From Klebsormidium nitens (lineage: Eukaryota; Plantae; Klebsormidiophyceae), in NCBI GenBank assembly GCA_000708835.1, contig DF236964.1, positions 310,001-374,000 on the forward strand: 64,000 bases of DNA, given 5' to 3'. The notes beneath the pieces were generated by a model. It did not search any database, was not told where the DNA came from, and saw nothing but the letters and a program-made list of their open reading frames with translations. Of the stretch, positions 1 through 13,900 are shown one piece after another. Both the position numbers and the translations under genes were made by a program. Every line of letters begins with the position of its first letter. Within the stretch, counting starts at the first letter, position 1.

Positions 1-1879
1 TCTTCTGGGCAGTGTGTTCTGTGGTGCATTTTGCAACGCTCGCACAGTCTGAGTCACGCTGGTCAGGACGAGCAGGCGTGTGAGGCGTCATCTCAAAACC
101 ACTCCTATCAACTATCGAGCCGTACTTGTTGTTCTGTTTGTTACTTTTGCGCAGCCGGGCAAAACCCTGCCTTTTTGGGACACAATAGCATACATAGCGC
201 TGTTGCTCTTTGCTCTGCTTTTACTGGCAAAAGCTTCGTAAAAGATCAAGCTACCTGTTTCCTTCATTTCTGCTCATGAAACAGCTCTCCTGCCATCAAC
301 TTAGCATCCTGGTCTTGGCTGCGTGTCTGCCAGAAGAATGCTCCGCTGAGACAGAATCTTACGATTGATATGAGCGGCAATGACATGGAAAGCATGGGGA
401 GAAACCCCAAGCGCGGCGTCAGTAGAGCCGGTGTCTCCTTGATTAGAGACCTTGGAGAATAGAACGTTTTGAAGCTTTCATTACGCTGTGCTTTGCTTGC
501 ACTTCGAAAATCCCTGGGCTAAGCTCTTCGTCCTTTGCCGTGATTATTGGACGCACGAATATTGCCGGGGCCTTGTGGTGGTGGCATTGACACTTAGGCA
601 AACTGGTCGGAGCAGACTTAGATGCTCATTGCATGTCGGCTACAGCTGCGGAGCCACAAAGGAACCTGGCTTTCTTAAATTGCTGAGCAACAAGAAAAAT
701 GTCTGTATTTTCGCCATGACTATCCGGCACTCGCAGGGCTGCTTGACGTAAGATTGACGTGGGGTCCATGAAGCATCCCGACTAACCGTCAGCCTTCGGA
801 TAAGAAACGCTTTCAAAAGTTGCGTGTGGCGTCGTGTGTATTGCACTCCTGGACTATAGGGCTGTTGCCATTTGGGTTGAAGGCTGAGCAGACTTAGTTT
901 GCACAGTCACAATTCAACATGAGGGGATCAGAGACTCGTAATAATCAGCATCGGGGCTGAGGTAACAAGGGCAACGACTATAAGGAAACTTGGCAATAGA
1001 TCAGCCAGTGGCAATAGCTGCATACTTTGAGTCCCACGTTTGCAGCTCGAGTTGTCCTCCATGTCCTTTCGGCTTTTCTAAAATGGACATTGGCAGTCAT
1101 TATGACTTTGATCTGGTCTTCACTAACACCTACGTGAGGGTGTTGTCGGGTTCTTTGTTCGGTTCTATACCTTTCAGACGTGTCCATTTCATTGGTTTAC
1201 TCCAAGCAGGACTGTTCGGTTGATCTGGTGCCCTATGTTGCCGATGTTGTTGCTTCAAGAATTACTCCGGTCTGTCGTTTGCACACATGATTTTCCAAGA
1301 ACCCACTCGCACTAGTCAAGGTCAGGTCGCTGCACCGGCACTTCGAATGTGCCGCAAGCAAGTTCTTCGGGGGCATTCAAGTCGGCGAAGTTTGGCACAA
1401 GGGACTCAAAACACGGAGCCTGTACTACCATATGTCAAGAAGGGGTCAAAGCTCCACACGGTGGATCAGCATTGGTCTGGTTGCAGTGTCCACAAGGCGC
1501 GCAGTAAATGTGGTTTTGTCGTCGGCTGCACTCGTTCGAAGAGGTATGGTGCCCGCCGACGAATTGCTTCCTTGTTACGTCCTAGTCTTGAAGCCTGGTG
1601 ACAGGAGTGACGAGCTTCGAACTTCTGGCTTACCGAAAGAATAAGCGGATAAGCTGGGCTCTGATGCCACAGATTGTTGTCACCTTTCGGTGTCACGAAC
1701 TGTTACCATGTGTTGATGCCTCGACTGGATGAGAAAGGGATGCCCTTGATTTCAAGGATCGGTCATCCAAGGGGCTTTCTAGGCTCGATGCAAGTAGGAG
1801 ACGTCGGTTTTATTTTGGCTTGGGTTGGTTGACGGCCAGTTTAATCCAGCCATGCCCGCCCGATTAGGCTGTATGACTT

Positions 1880-4800
1880 CTGTACTGGTCATTGCAGCGG
1901 CACGGGACTTTGCTCTGTTTCGCTCGGTTGGCTGACAAACTCAGAACTCGAATTCCAACGCTTCGTTGGGTGGAGTTTACTCACTGTTGTTGTTGAGTGT
2001 GGAGCCAGTGCAGACACCTTTAGCCTCCTTGTGTCTTTGATTGGTCTCTGGCGGCGGTTATGGACTATGAACGAGCCTGATAGCACAGATACTGTTTGGC
2101 CCAATAGCTGTGAGAGCCTCCGCTTCATGACCATGTTTTGAGAGTCTACTTGACGATCCGTGCTTGGCTGCGACACATTTCGAGCAAACTGATCGAAAGT
2201 TTTGGTACTCAGGTTGAGGCGTTGTAGTTGAATCAGGCCAATCTCACTGTCTTCACTCGATCCGAAGAGCTCAACGAGCAAACCATTTCCTGTCTGGGAA
2301 TGTGACAAAGAAGCTCAACTTTCTTGACGCTTATGGCCTTCATTTTCCCTCTTACTGTCTACTTGGTCGTCTGCACCTTACAGAGATCATGCATACCTTC
2401 AAAGGTAAAGTGAGCGATTTATAGCTCTGCGGCAATGATTGGGTTGATTGCTGGGCTACTTGCTTGCCAGAGGCCTTTCCGGTTGTTGAGCCGTCGCTCC
2501 TTTGACGGATAGAGCGAAAGGTAAAGGCTTTGACAGTCTTGGCCTCTTAAGGGCGTATCTCGACAACGTCATCTTCTAAAGCCGTCCGCTGCCTATCGTG
2601 CTCGCAAAGCACATGTGCTGTCTTCTTTGTGCTGGCGAGGACGATCAGGCGTTTGAGTCGATGCCTCGATCGCTGTCTTGGAAAGTGCAGAGCCGCACTT
2701 TGTGGACTTCGCGGAAGATCCAGCCGCTTAGTCTCGTGGCTCTTTGATATGTTCACAGCCGTATCGGAACGAATCTTGATTTAGATTTCTCTTGCTTTGA
2801 ACAGCATGAGCTAACGCAGTTCATGTCTTGACGTGTTCTTCATCACCAAGGGAACAGTTCTTCTGCACATCTGATTCATCTGTCACACGATTTGCTGCAA
2901 AATCCGACTTGAACCCGCTCGTTCTGATGCCGAGGCTTCATGCTTACTCCCACTTGGTCTAAGGGCTTCATCGGTCGACCCGTTTGCCCTCGGTCAAGGA
3001 GCTTCCCAGTCCGTTTGTGTGCCTCCTTTCTAGTCATGCGCTCGACTTCAAACTGTAAACAATGATGCAGCGTCTTCATGTAGTTTTAGCAACGTGGTAT
3101 GCTTTGGCCCATGTTCTCTCAAATACCACTTCAAAGAACACCTTCTTGGCAATGATTTTTCGCGACCACTGGCAGGATCGCGGTCACTTAGTGCACCTGA
3201 CGACTGAGCTTCGCAAAGGTCATGCTTGAGGGGTCTCAGCCCGAATCTAAAGCTGCCTTTGACTGGCTGGGTAGCGTTCAGTAGCGTTCAGGAGTGACAG
3301 AGGGTGCTTCAGGAGCCCCTCCTGGAGCGACGATTGAAGCACGACTTTCCTGTAACGGAGCCTACTTTGGGGTGATCTTGGGACCGGCAGAGCAGCCTGT
3401 AGCTCAAGTTGCGGCCACACCGAAACTAACGGACATCTTTAAGTCTTGGTGATCTCTTTGCGTACTTTAGTTGGCTGTAAGCCAAGCAAAAAGGTTTGTT
3501 GGCCTAAGCTCGCGGACCAGAAGCATGTGTTGCTTTTAAGGGGCTCTTTGAAACGACCAATAAGGGTTGGAGTGAAAACAGCTTCTTCGTCTGGGTAATC
3601 ATTACTTGCTTCATTTTGCCTTCTCATCGCGCCTAAGTGTGCCCTTTTCCCCATGCTACTGTGGCCATGACCTTTTGGCAAGGATGCACACACTTTGAGC
3701 TTATTACCAGCTCACTGGTGCTCAGTGGATTGCCGAGCCGACTTCGCGTGAGGTGGCGAAGTTGCACCGGAGTTGGCGTTTTGCTTCCAACAGCTGTGTT
3801 GAACTTGTCAAGGGCACTTCAACGGCGAGCTTTTGCAATTGATTCCTCTCTGCCTTGTTCAGATCAAACCAAAAGCTTTTTAAATTGGTGTTGGGCAGCG
3901 TATGTGTCGAGAACAGGCTGTTTGCGTTCTCGTTCTTCATTGGGAATGGTGGGATGCTATAAGTGCCCTCTGAGCACTCCCGCACTCATTCAAGTCCCTC
4001 AGAATGCGATAGTGGAACATCTTCCCGCGTTTATGAAGCAACGTTCCGACCCCAACATTCGAAGCTGTAGCACGAGCTCTTGTATCTGAGTCCGTCTTGA
4101 GATTGTTTCAAGGTTAAGCTAACTGGATTCAGAATGGTGCCAATGATGCTTGAGCTCAAACGCGAGCTTTGGCTTGCAACGACGCTCTGCCAATTTGAAG
4201 GGCAATTATTTGACTGGTTAGTTGCTATGTTACCGGCATGTCTTTCAATCTGTTAACGGAGCGCAAATAGATCATTTTGCAACAGTGACGTTAATGCCAC
4301 TTTGGGCGTTTGGCGTTGGTTTTGAAGTAAGCCGTTTTTGGATAGCCTTTCGTCCATCAAGTCGCGGGCCATCCTTTGACTCCTTGTTTATCTCTGTTCT
4401 AACTTAGTTAACATCGACCGCGGGCTGCCAGTTCTGACGTCACTTCTGGAAGCACATGGCAAGGTTTTTATCTGTTGACGCTTTCGTGTAACGTGGCCAG
4501 TGGTACATCTGCATGAGGCTACGAAGAGCGCACGCTTGGGGCTGAACCTTAATTGTAATCAGACCACGTCCGACTCTGAGCCGCTGTATTCGAGCCTCTC
4601 CCACGTTGTTTGCCTTGTGGTCAGAACGGGAGTCGACCATTCTTTATTGGCTGAGCATCTCTGAAAGTCTGATTTGGCCAAGTGGAGATAGTGCAGCCTT
4701 TTCAATTGCGGGTTGCTGTGCCCATCCTCTCTTGTAGCCTCGGAAAGTACAGCCTGCGTATGTACATGAATGTTGTGATGCACGGTAAAAGGCTGCCCCC

Positions 4801-6750
4801 TTCAGGATGGTAGTATAATTGAAATGTGTCATTTGTCGCCAGTCTTGAAACCCAGATTGTGATTTTCAGCCACTGAAGTTGAGCCTGGGATATTAGGCGA
4901 ATTCTCCAGTACAATTCTAATCTTGAGGAGTCAGCGAGCAAAGGTTCCCCTCTTCAAAAGTGCGACAAAGAAGCTTGACTTCCTTGGCGCTTCTGGCCTT
5001 GTTTTGCACTTTACTGTCTATGGTTTGTCTATGAGCTGCACCTGACAGAGATCGTAGGTACTTAAACCATGAAGTGATCCTTTATTGCATTGCCGCAACG
5101 ATTGGGGATAATTTGCTTGGCGGACTTCTCGCCAGAACTGATTTCCAATTGTTGAGCCATCCCTCCTTTGACGGGTAGTGCGAAAGGTAAAACCTTTGAC
5201 AGTCTTGATTTGTAAGCCGTCCGCTTTCTATCGTGCTCGCAAAGCACATGTGCTGTCTCGTTTGTGCCGCCGAGGACGAGGAGGCGTTTGAGTCAATGCC
5301 TCAAATGCTGTCCTGAAATCGTAGAGCCGCACTTTGTGATTTTCGTGGAAGATTCAGCCCCTTAGTCTCGTTGCTCTTTAATTTGTTCGCATCCGTATGG
5401 GAACGGTCTCGATAGGTTCTCTGCTTGCTTCGAACACCATAAGCGAATGGCTTTGGCGCCGTCCGTGCAGTGTTTGATGTGTTCCCACCAAGGGATTGTT
5501 TTTCTGCACACTTAGCTCGACTTTCATAAGATTTGCTGCCAAAATCTGATATGAAGCGCTCATTCTATGCCGAGGATTCCTGGTCAAGCCCACCGTGTCG
5601 TCAGTCGACCCGTTTGCCTCGGACAAGGGATTCCGTTCTCCAGTAGTGTGGTTGACTTCAAGCAATGTCTTTCATGTGGTTTCAAGATGGTACATTGTTA
5701 CTCGTTCTTTCTCCTCACCTAATACTGCAAGAAAACTTTTCTTGGCAATGATTCCTTGCGACGCTTAGCCTGTGCTTGGAGCTGAGCTACGTGCAGATGT
5801 CTGTTACGTGCCTTTTTCTGTCCATGCTTGAACTTTCCCAGCTCAAACGTCGAGCTGGCTCCAGTTGCACGGCTGTGTTCAAGAATGTCAAACGTGCATC
5901 GAGAGGCGCTTCTGGACTGACTATTGAAGGGCGGGTTTCTTCGGGGCAATCCGGTGACCTGCTGAGCAGCTTGTACTTCAAGTTGCTGCCACACCGAGTG
6001 TAGTGGACGCCTTCTAATCACGGTGACTCTTTTCCATGCCTTATTGATTGTTTATTTGTATGTCTAGTGGACAGGCTTGCTCAGGTCCTTTCGCAAGTCG
6101 CCTAAGGTCGGTGGATCTTTGAGCATACGTCGCTGTTTGAGCGGCAACTCAAACAACGGACGGGCGAAATGATTCGTACATGGGCCTCGCTTCTTCATCT
6201 GCTTTGCTGCAACTTTGCCTGCTCACATTCGCATGTTATCGTGGATCGTGACCTTGTGGCGAGGAGGAACATACTCTGAGGTGATAACAAGCTCAGCGTG
6301 TTTCTGCTTGTGCAAGTTCCCGAGCCGACCTTGGATACACTTTGCCTTCCTCGAGTCTTAAGTTGCAGCCGTACACCCCTTTGGAGTTGGGTGTTGGCAT
6401 TTGTCGTTTGACCACAGGCTACTCCTTTCTTGGTGTACATATTCTATAGCCGAGCCCTCTCGTACTCAAATGGATTCTCTTTCGATTTCAATGTAGAGTA
6501 CAAAAGTAGACTGGAAAAAACGCTCCCCGGAAAAACGCTCCCCGGCGTAACAAAGCGTCGTTACGACTCCGAATGACAAGATGTGGCATATGCCGTTTCA
6601 CTGTCCCTGACCTTGTTATTTCTTAAGCTTCCTTGTTGACCTTACATTTCTGGCAATGATGCTCAAATCCCAAACGCACGCTTTTGCTCGCAACTGACCT
6701 GGTGCATACTGAAGGCCAGTTGTACAGTAGTCTGTTGCTACGACGACGAC
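1880..6750 (+). pseudogene. Two decayed tandem paralogous units (~2.6 kb period), LRR-like coding relics; boundaries approximate
   Basis: A 31-bp identity (ctatcgtgctcgcaaagcacatgtgctgtct) occurs at 2593-2623 and 5228-5258, with colinear similarity on both sides at a ~2.5-2.65 kb offset. The + frame gives PLPIVLAKHMCCLLCAGEDDQAFESMP vs PLSIVLAKHMCCLVCAAEDEEAFESMP, with mostly synonymous differences. LxLxGND-like motifs are present, and many stops and indels. Confidence 0.7.
6516..6545. repeat. Perfect 15-bp tandem duplication (aaaaacgctccccgg x2)
   Basis: Read directly from the sequence. Confidence 0.9.
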
Positions 6751-7990
6751 CTGTGCCTACATGTTGACGAAGCGTAGCCCGACAATTTTGCGGCAGTGTT
6801 GTGTCTGGGCATGTAGTGTGTTGCGAAGAAGGCAATGTCACCTAGGGCGAAGTCTTCGATCCTGGCCGTCAGATTGAGGGCATCCGTTCGAGTGCCCTCA
6901 ACAGAGTCCAAGGAAACAATAGTCTCTCTTGCTGTTCATCTGGAAACGTTGTGAAGACTTGGACTTGTTGAGGCTTATTTGCTCGTGGCCTTGGCCGCAT
7001 CTCTGCATCCACATATGTGGCTATGAAGAGCATATAAGTAAGGCTTAACCTCAAGGTTGTTATAGGACGAGCCGGGGAGTGTGTTGGCGTTGCGCAAGAT
7101 ACTTCTGAAGACGCTTCTGCATGCAAGCTGTTCCGACTTTGCTGCGTAGTGGGCAGAAAAGGTAGTCACCCTTGTAACCGCCCAGCAGCTCGTAATTTTG
7201 AGTGAAAATACGCTCTGAGTTTACTGCCGGAGTCTTCTTGTTGCAAGCTTGCTGCTCCGCGACTTTATTATAGCTTCTCACTAGGGCAAGTGACCAACAC
7301 TGGCAACGGCTGCAATTACCGTCATTTGGCCGAGCCACAACCTTGGAACTCGGTTGCGCATTATCTATCAATTTCTGCTTTGGTTGGATGTCAGCTACGC
7401 CGTCCCAGCTGCGTGGCACGTTCCACACCATCTGCTTCAAGTGGAAGATGCTTGGGATAACATGCAAAAGCAGCTTGGCGATGACGTTCCGCCTGCTTGA
7501 GCTGCGCTCAGAGATTGTGGGAAAGGAAGAGCCAGCATTTACCCGTGCCCAACGAAGCCTTTCAATGTCTGCAAAGTCTTTCAGAAAGGCGCGACTGACA
7601 ATGTTTACGAAAGAAACCTGAGTACATGGTGCTTACTTGCACCTGGCCGTGATGAGCATCTCTTGGGTTACACCCAGTCTTTGTCTGTCAGCCAGAGCCT
7701 CTGGCTGTACGGCAGCACCTTAACGGCCCCACCTTAGGCTTGCAATTTGCCCCTTTGTACAGTACCCCGTTCCAGTACTTCTGCCTAACGGAAATTGCAA
7801 CAGCTGGCTTAAATCTGACGAGGCGTCCAATGCACGGCCCGACTGAGTTTGAGAACCTGGGGCAAGGGAAAGCTACCCGGAGCTTTTCTACCCGGAGAGT
7901 CTTCTTTACGATATCCCAGGATACGATGTCCGTAACTCCACTTTTAAGCCTAACATGATTCTTGCAACTCCTTCACTTTGCGTTTTGCAG

Positions 7991-10987
7991 ATCACGCCTC
8001 TTCCCGGCGCTTGGCCACAGAAGCCCGGGTCGGCGACGCTTCCCTTCTTTGGAGTACAGGTCCGTTCTCATACACCTTTAGAGACCGCTAGTGTGACGCG
8101 CCTGCGGCGTCCAGAATAAGAGAGGCCTTAAATGCGGTTCCCCCCGTGAGTTATAGTCATGCTCAACATTGACCTGTTCATTTGGCGAACGCCGTGTAGA
8201 AACGGATAAGCAGACTGGGTGTAAGGAGTTAAAGATACTTCGTGTGTCTGCAATCTTCCAGTAGAGGTGCGAATGCTGTTCCTTTCATACATACCCCACA
8301 GCGAATCTAAACAGTGAACCGGATAGTAAAGTGTGCCATCTGCCGTGTGAAAGCAAGTTCTTGGTATGAAAGCACACCACCGCCCTCTTGAAAAGTTTCT
8401 CCTAGATAAAGCTCGCGCTCTGACCTGCACCTGAGTATCTAGCCGGTTCCCGTTTCCTCTGCTCGTGTCATCCTCTGAGCCTCTAGCTTTTGTAACAACT
8501 TTCCAATCTCCTTCTCGTCCGTTTTCCGTTTTGCAGCCTACAAACGGAAACCCGAGCCATCTTGAGTCTCCCCTCAGATCGTTTAAAGCATTAATCACCT
8601 TTGGGCTTGGATCATATCAGTCAGCTTATCCTTTCAATTTCTTTTTGCAGCCCGCGGTCGTGGACGAAAACGGGCGGGAGCAAGACGGCCCCTGCTCCGG
8701 CTACCTGTGCATGAAGGCCCCCCCGATCTCCCTCATGCGGACGCTTTACGGCGACCAAGAACGGTACGAGACGGCCTACTTTGCGCCCTTCAAGGGCTTC
8801 TACTTCTCGGGGGACGGCTGTCGGCGAGACGAGGACGGCTACTACTGGCTCACGGGCAGGGTGGATGACGTCATCAATGTCAGGTGAGGGGGAGTGGTCT
8901 TGGGCTTAGACGTCTTGCAGCCTAGCGGGTGTTGAAGACGCGGATTCCGCAGTGCATCGCTGGCAGAAGACGTCAGAATCTGAAAAGAACTGGAAATCTG
9001 GTAAGAGTTTGGAGGCTCAGTTTCTGGGAAGAAGGGGTCACGACTACCCTCGTCGACCTTTCTTGGCAGCGCTTATTTGCCTTGGCGACTGCAACCCATT
9101 CCTCCGGACCGCGCTTAATTGCGTCAAACTTGATTCTCAGATTGTTCGTTACAAAAAAGCTGCGGCTTCTGCTCGAGTCTTGCCCGCTGTCAGTCTCAGG
9201 CTGATCGCCAGGCCGGCCCATCTCCAATCATAACAATCAGCCGAAGAAGGGGTAGCTAGCCCCTATTGTCGACACCGTGGTCTTCCCTGATCAACGCTCT
9301 ATTGTTTGCAGTGGCCACCGGATCGGGACTGCGGAGGTGGAGTCGGCGCTTGTGTCGCATTCAATGTGCGCGGAGGCGGCTGTTGTTGGGTATGATCACG
9401 AGGTGAAAAAGTTCTTGTCCTTTTATGTCCGTGATCTGCAAGGCTACTGCTGGCTTAGGTGTTCTTTTGTATTTTGATGAAGTGAACTCTCCATCGTGTT
9501 TGCTGACATCGCACTCAGCGGGAAGGCACCAGTCGGCGGGTTTGAGCATAATTAAGAGAACACGTGCGAGCGTGCTGCTTGCTTAAGCTTGACTTGTGCC
9601 CGTTCCAGCGAAGGGCCGCCTTTTATAACCATGCAAAAGAGGTGGGAAGTTCCATAAGCTGGTTACTGCGCAAGCTGTGCAGCTAACGCCGTGACGACGT
9701 TTCTTGTTGAATGCTGATGGAAAAGTTTCAGCTTTTTAGACCCGAGGTGTTTGCTTAGCGTTCTTTTCTCTAACTTATTTTAGCTACGCTGATATGCAGA
9801 TCAAGGGGCAGGGCATCTACGCGTTCGTAACGCTGATGGAGGGTGTTGACTACTCCGATGATCTTCGGAGGCAGCTGGTTACGACTGTCAGAAGCGAGGT
9901 GGGGGGGGCGTTCTGTTTGTAATCTCCGCCCCCTAGGTTAATCCTCACAGAAGAATCCTGGGGGACAACGGGCGAATTCTGTCAAAACTTAGAACTCTCC
10001 ATTGAGCGCTGGAATTGACAACGGAAATGGTGAAGTTGCTATGAGGATCGTGGGAGCTGGTGATGTTCACATTCCACCCAATTCCTTGCTGGCATCGCCA
10101 GTCTTTCCAGTAAATTGTCTGGTGCATGTGAAAAGGAGCGAGATCTGGCCACCTGAAGTCGTCTCCTTCTTGGGTTTTGCTGCTTCTTGTGCTCTTTAAA
10201 TGTGGCCTTTCGGAGTGCTTCTTCGTCTGCCTGTAAAGCCTGTAAAGAGCCTTTCGCCACCGACGTGCGACTTATATTCCTGGAACTAGACAACTCATGA
10301 GATGCGTGGCCCTTCAGATACGTCCTGCGACAGACAGCTTGCTACTCACATCGGTGGGCTTTCCTCTGCCGTTTGGTACTAAAATTTGCGGTGATAACCG
10401 CTAATACTTACTGCCTGCCGTTCTTGTCCAGATTGGTGCGTTTGCCGCTCCTGACGTCATCCACTGGGCGCCCGGGCTCCCCAAGACGCGCAGCGGGAAG
10501 ATCATGCGGAGGATCTTACGAAAGATTGCGGCCAACCAGTTGGACGAGTTGGTAAGACTGCTCCGCTATCTCTCGTGTACAAAGTCGTCGGAAAAAAATG
10601 TCTTCAACATGGCGAAGGCGGATGTACCGGCCGACACAACGCGCGTCAGTTTTTCTGCGCAGACTTACGGAGTCGTCGGCGTCCGTGCAAGCGAAGCTGT
10701 TTCCTTCTTCTGGTTCTCAAAAATCCATGAACGGCCACCATTACCGCTGCACCTGCATGCCGTTTCTTGAGTTCAGTACGTCTGCGTCGGAACCGACAGC
10801 TTTGGGCTGTTTGTGTGCGTTCCGCAAATCAAGAGACGAAGACCTCTGAATTCCAGGGATACCGCGGCTCTGCAGATTCGCGGTGACAGGAAGCTCATTC
10901 GTTCCTCCTTCCCTTTTGCAGGGAGATACGAGTACCCTAGCAGAGCCAGCGGTCGTAGACCAGCTGATCGAACTGCGAGGGAAGTAA
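7991..10987 (+). CDS. ACS: Acetyl-CoA synthetase, 3' portion; exons 7991-8059, 8651-8883, 9312-9402, 9800-9898, 10432-10551, 10922-10987 (stop TAA)
   Basis: Spliced translation: [23 protein letters not shown]|PAVVDENG...[28 protein letters not shown]|[13 protein letters not shown]...|[10 protein letters not shown]...|[33 protein letters not shown]...|[21 protein letters not shown]. All introns are GT-AG with compatible phases. The acyl-CoA synthetase motifs GRVDD and [12 protein letters not shown] are present. The 5' exons were not found in the window. Confidence 0.94.
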
Positions 10988-13900
10988 AAGGATGCAGGTT
11001 GGCGGATGAGTTTGGTAGCTTTCCTCAGCATGATTCTCGAAGCAGTAGGGAGAGTCCAATATATGTAGTAAAAGTAGCTGTCTGAGATCATCGTAGTAAC
11101 ATTTACTTAGCCGCGCTCACCTTTGCTCCTGAACCCGGATATATGCAAACAAGTGAAGCGCAGTTGGCCCGATATAATCCGAAGGAGTACCTAGGAAAAC
11201 GGAAGACGTAAATCGAGTATTTGAAGGGACGGTCATTGAGGGGTTGGGCCGAAAGATCAGTTTGGCAAATCAAGCTTAAGCGTCCGAACGTCCTTGCAAG
11301 CCTGCGCCTCTCAAGGCTTGACCGTGATACTGACCTTCTGAACTAGTAAACCTTCTTGAAGCCAAATCAGGCGCACCAGGCCCTGTTTTAAAATCTTGTC
11401 GCTCAGCTCTTCTCTTCGAAGTGGTGGAGAACTGCGGAGAAGAGTCTTGATATGACATTGATCGGCCGGTCTCACTCACTGCAAAGTGGATCGACAACAT
11501 TTGACTCCAAACGGACTGCTCTATGTCCCTTCTGGACTTCATATGCCGACTATCTGCTATGTATTTCAGTCCGGTCCGAATCAACATATGATCACAATTG
11601 AGTGGCGTTATATACTCTGGTAGTGGCAATGACATTCAACTTGAAGCTTGGGGACCTAAAGGATACCCTAGCGAAGGGCACTGGTCAACGAGCCACTGAA
11701 CGTCAGAACCGGCGCGCCACTGTCTAATTTGGCTTATTTAGATGGGCATAAGTACTTCCAGCTCACACTGACTGTTAAAGAAATCTTTTAAATCTGCAGA
11801 ACTCTGTAGGGGATTTGACGAAACCTAGAGCTGCGGCATCACGAGATGATACGTACATAACACAAATCAGCCTAGCCCAGGCGCCCTTGGGACCAAGACG
11901 ATCACTGTCTGGCCGGCTAGCTTCTTGTAGCCCTGACCAAAGTTCGCAAAGGATCTCCTAGGGCTGCCCCCTTTACCGTGAACAGGCTTAATCTTGCCAC
12001 GATTGCCGCCCGAGTCGGCCCGGGCCCCGGCCCAGCTCTCGCATTGACGTTATACGTGCTTATTTTGAGCTTGCAACCGCCCTTTCAATTTCTGTGCGTG
12101 CGGCCATGTGTTTAAGATTTGTTTGTTTGATCACAGGTTTGATTTGCGTTTCTAATAATCCAATCTGCCTTGTGTACGTGCTGTTCCCGTTGTTGGTGGT
12201 GCATGCAGAAGCCTGGCCGGTTATGCATTAGCTTGGCCGGTGTCGCGATTTTCAGTTGGATCGTTCAACTGACAGTGACCTGCGCTTTTACGCCGAAAGC
12301 GCTACTCCATTTGAAATATGCGTGATATGTGAAGATAAAGACGGGCGTCCGTTGCAAACAGACGTTGTCGATGTGTCACAAAAGCAGAAAGAGCGAAGGC
12401 TGCGAAAATCTCCATGATCGATCGAAGGTCAAGGTCCTAACTTAGTCAGATTTTCTCCTCTCACAGTCACTGAGTACGTCACTGCAACAACGGCCTTTCT
12501 GCAACCGCAAGCATTCATTAAGAGTTTCAAGAAACAGCGCGACTAACAACTTTTGTGGCGATGACGATCTGCCGCCGTCTGAGAACGATACGTCGTTCCC
12601 ACACAAGTCTGGCCAGCAATCTTTCTCAGACGCCAGGGGTTTATGTTGAAAGCATTTTGCTTTATTGAGCGCTTGGCTTCGCTCGGAAGTTCTCAAGCTA
12701 GCTGCCGGGTCTCGATGCTGAGAGACTAGGTCGATCTTTGGATTCCCGGAGCGAGACTGAAATTGTGAACGCTATCATATACGCAAAGCGATTTGCATGG
12801 CACCAAAATCCCGGGAGGCACCTCTAGGTTACCGATTTTCTGTTGCAATCTGCAAGGCTTTCCGCTGGCCAGTGTATGGGTGGGGTATCGCAGCAGTTTG
12901 CACCGAGCGGTCGTTCGAGAACGTCTTGAAGGCTGTGGCATTTCAATGCTGCAGGGATCTGAACGGTTCAATTAATCGACGGATATCTCAAGCCTGAAGT
13001 TAGGCTTAAAGTTTCTTCTCACTCTGATACTGATCAGATGATTGGGTCTTGCTAGCCGGCGCGACGCCCATATGTGCTTCTAGGAAGGCCTGGCAGATTC
13101 AGGGGTAGAATCAGGGTCAGTTCTTAACAGAATATAGACCCGGTCCAATTCCTTAACTCGGCTGAAGACACTTGTTATGTATAGCTTCGTTACAAGTTGT
13201 AGTCATGGGTCACTTGTGCAGGCGCGAATTATCGTGTTTACAGCGCTTCTAGCTAGCTACCTTGACAAACAGACCTAAAAGCCGCTTACCACAAGCTTCT
13301 GCATACAAATCATTTCGAGTGGTTCAAAGTTCCTTCCTTCCTTCCTGTACTCAAAGCGGAAGTAGAGAATTGCACGTTCAGCCTGTCAACTTGTAAGTGG
13401 CTATGACGAGCTTCTTTGAATCTCTTCCAACCAGAGATACCAAAATTGCACGAAGCCACTTCGTCAGTTGCGATTATCAACGAAGTCAGTGAGGACTAGA
13501 CGTCTCTCCCGTCTGAAAGCATCTAATGAAATAAAACCGGCGCTTCTTGCTAGCTCGTAATGGGTGCATTATTTCGAATGCATACGTAGACTGAGGGTCG
13601 ACTCCTGGTTCGTGTCAAGCAATGGAAAAATGCTTGGGCACGGATATGAACCGGCCAGCGCCGATCCATCTTAACGTCTCCTTAGTATTGACCTGACCCC
13701 TGGCCAATTAACATTGGCTTTGTTCTTCTCAACTTGGTTATATGCGGTTGGACATACAGTAGTAGAAAGTGCTACGGGTGTTAAAACCAGTGGCTATGAC
13801 GATTATAGAAAGGCCTGAGCAACGCTACCATCAGGACAAAAGCTCGTGCGTCCTCATGCATGTCGACTCCTCGTTACCAGCCTAAGGCAGAGCCGCTCGA

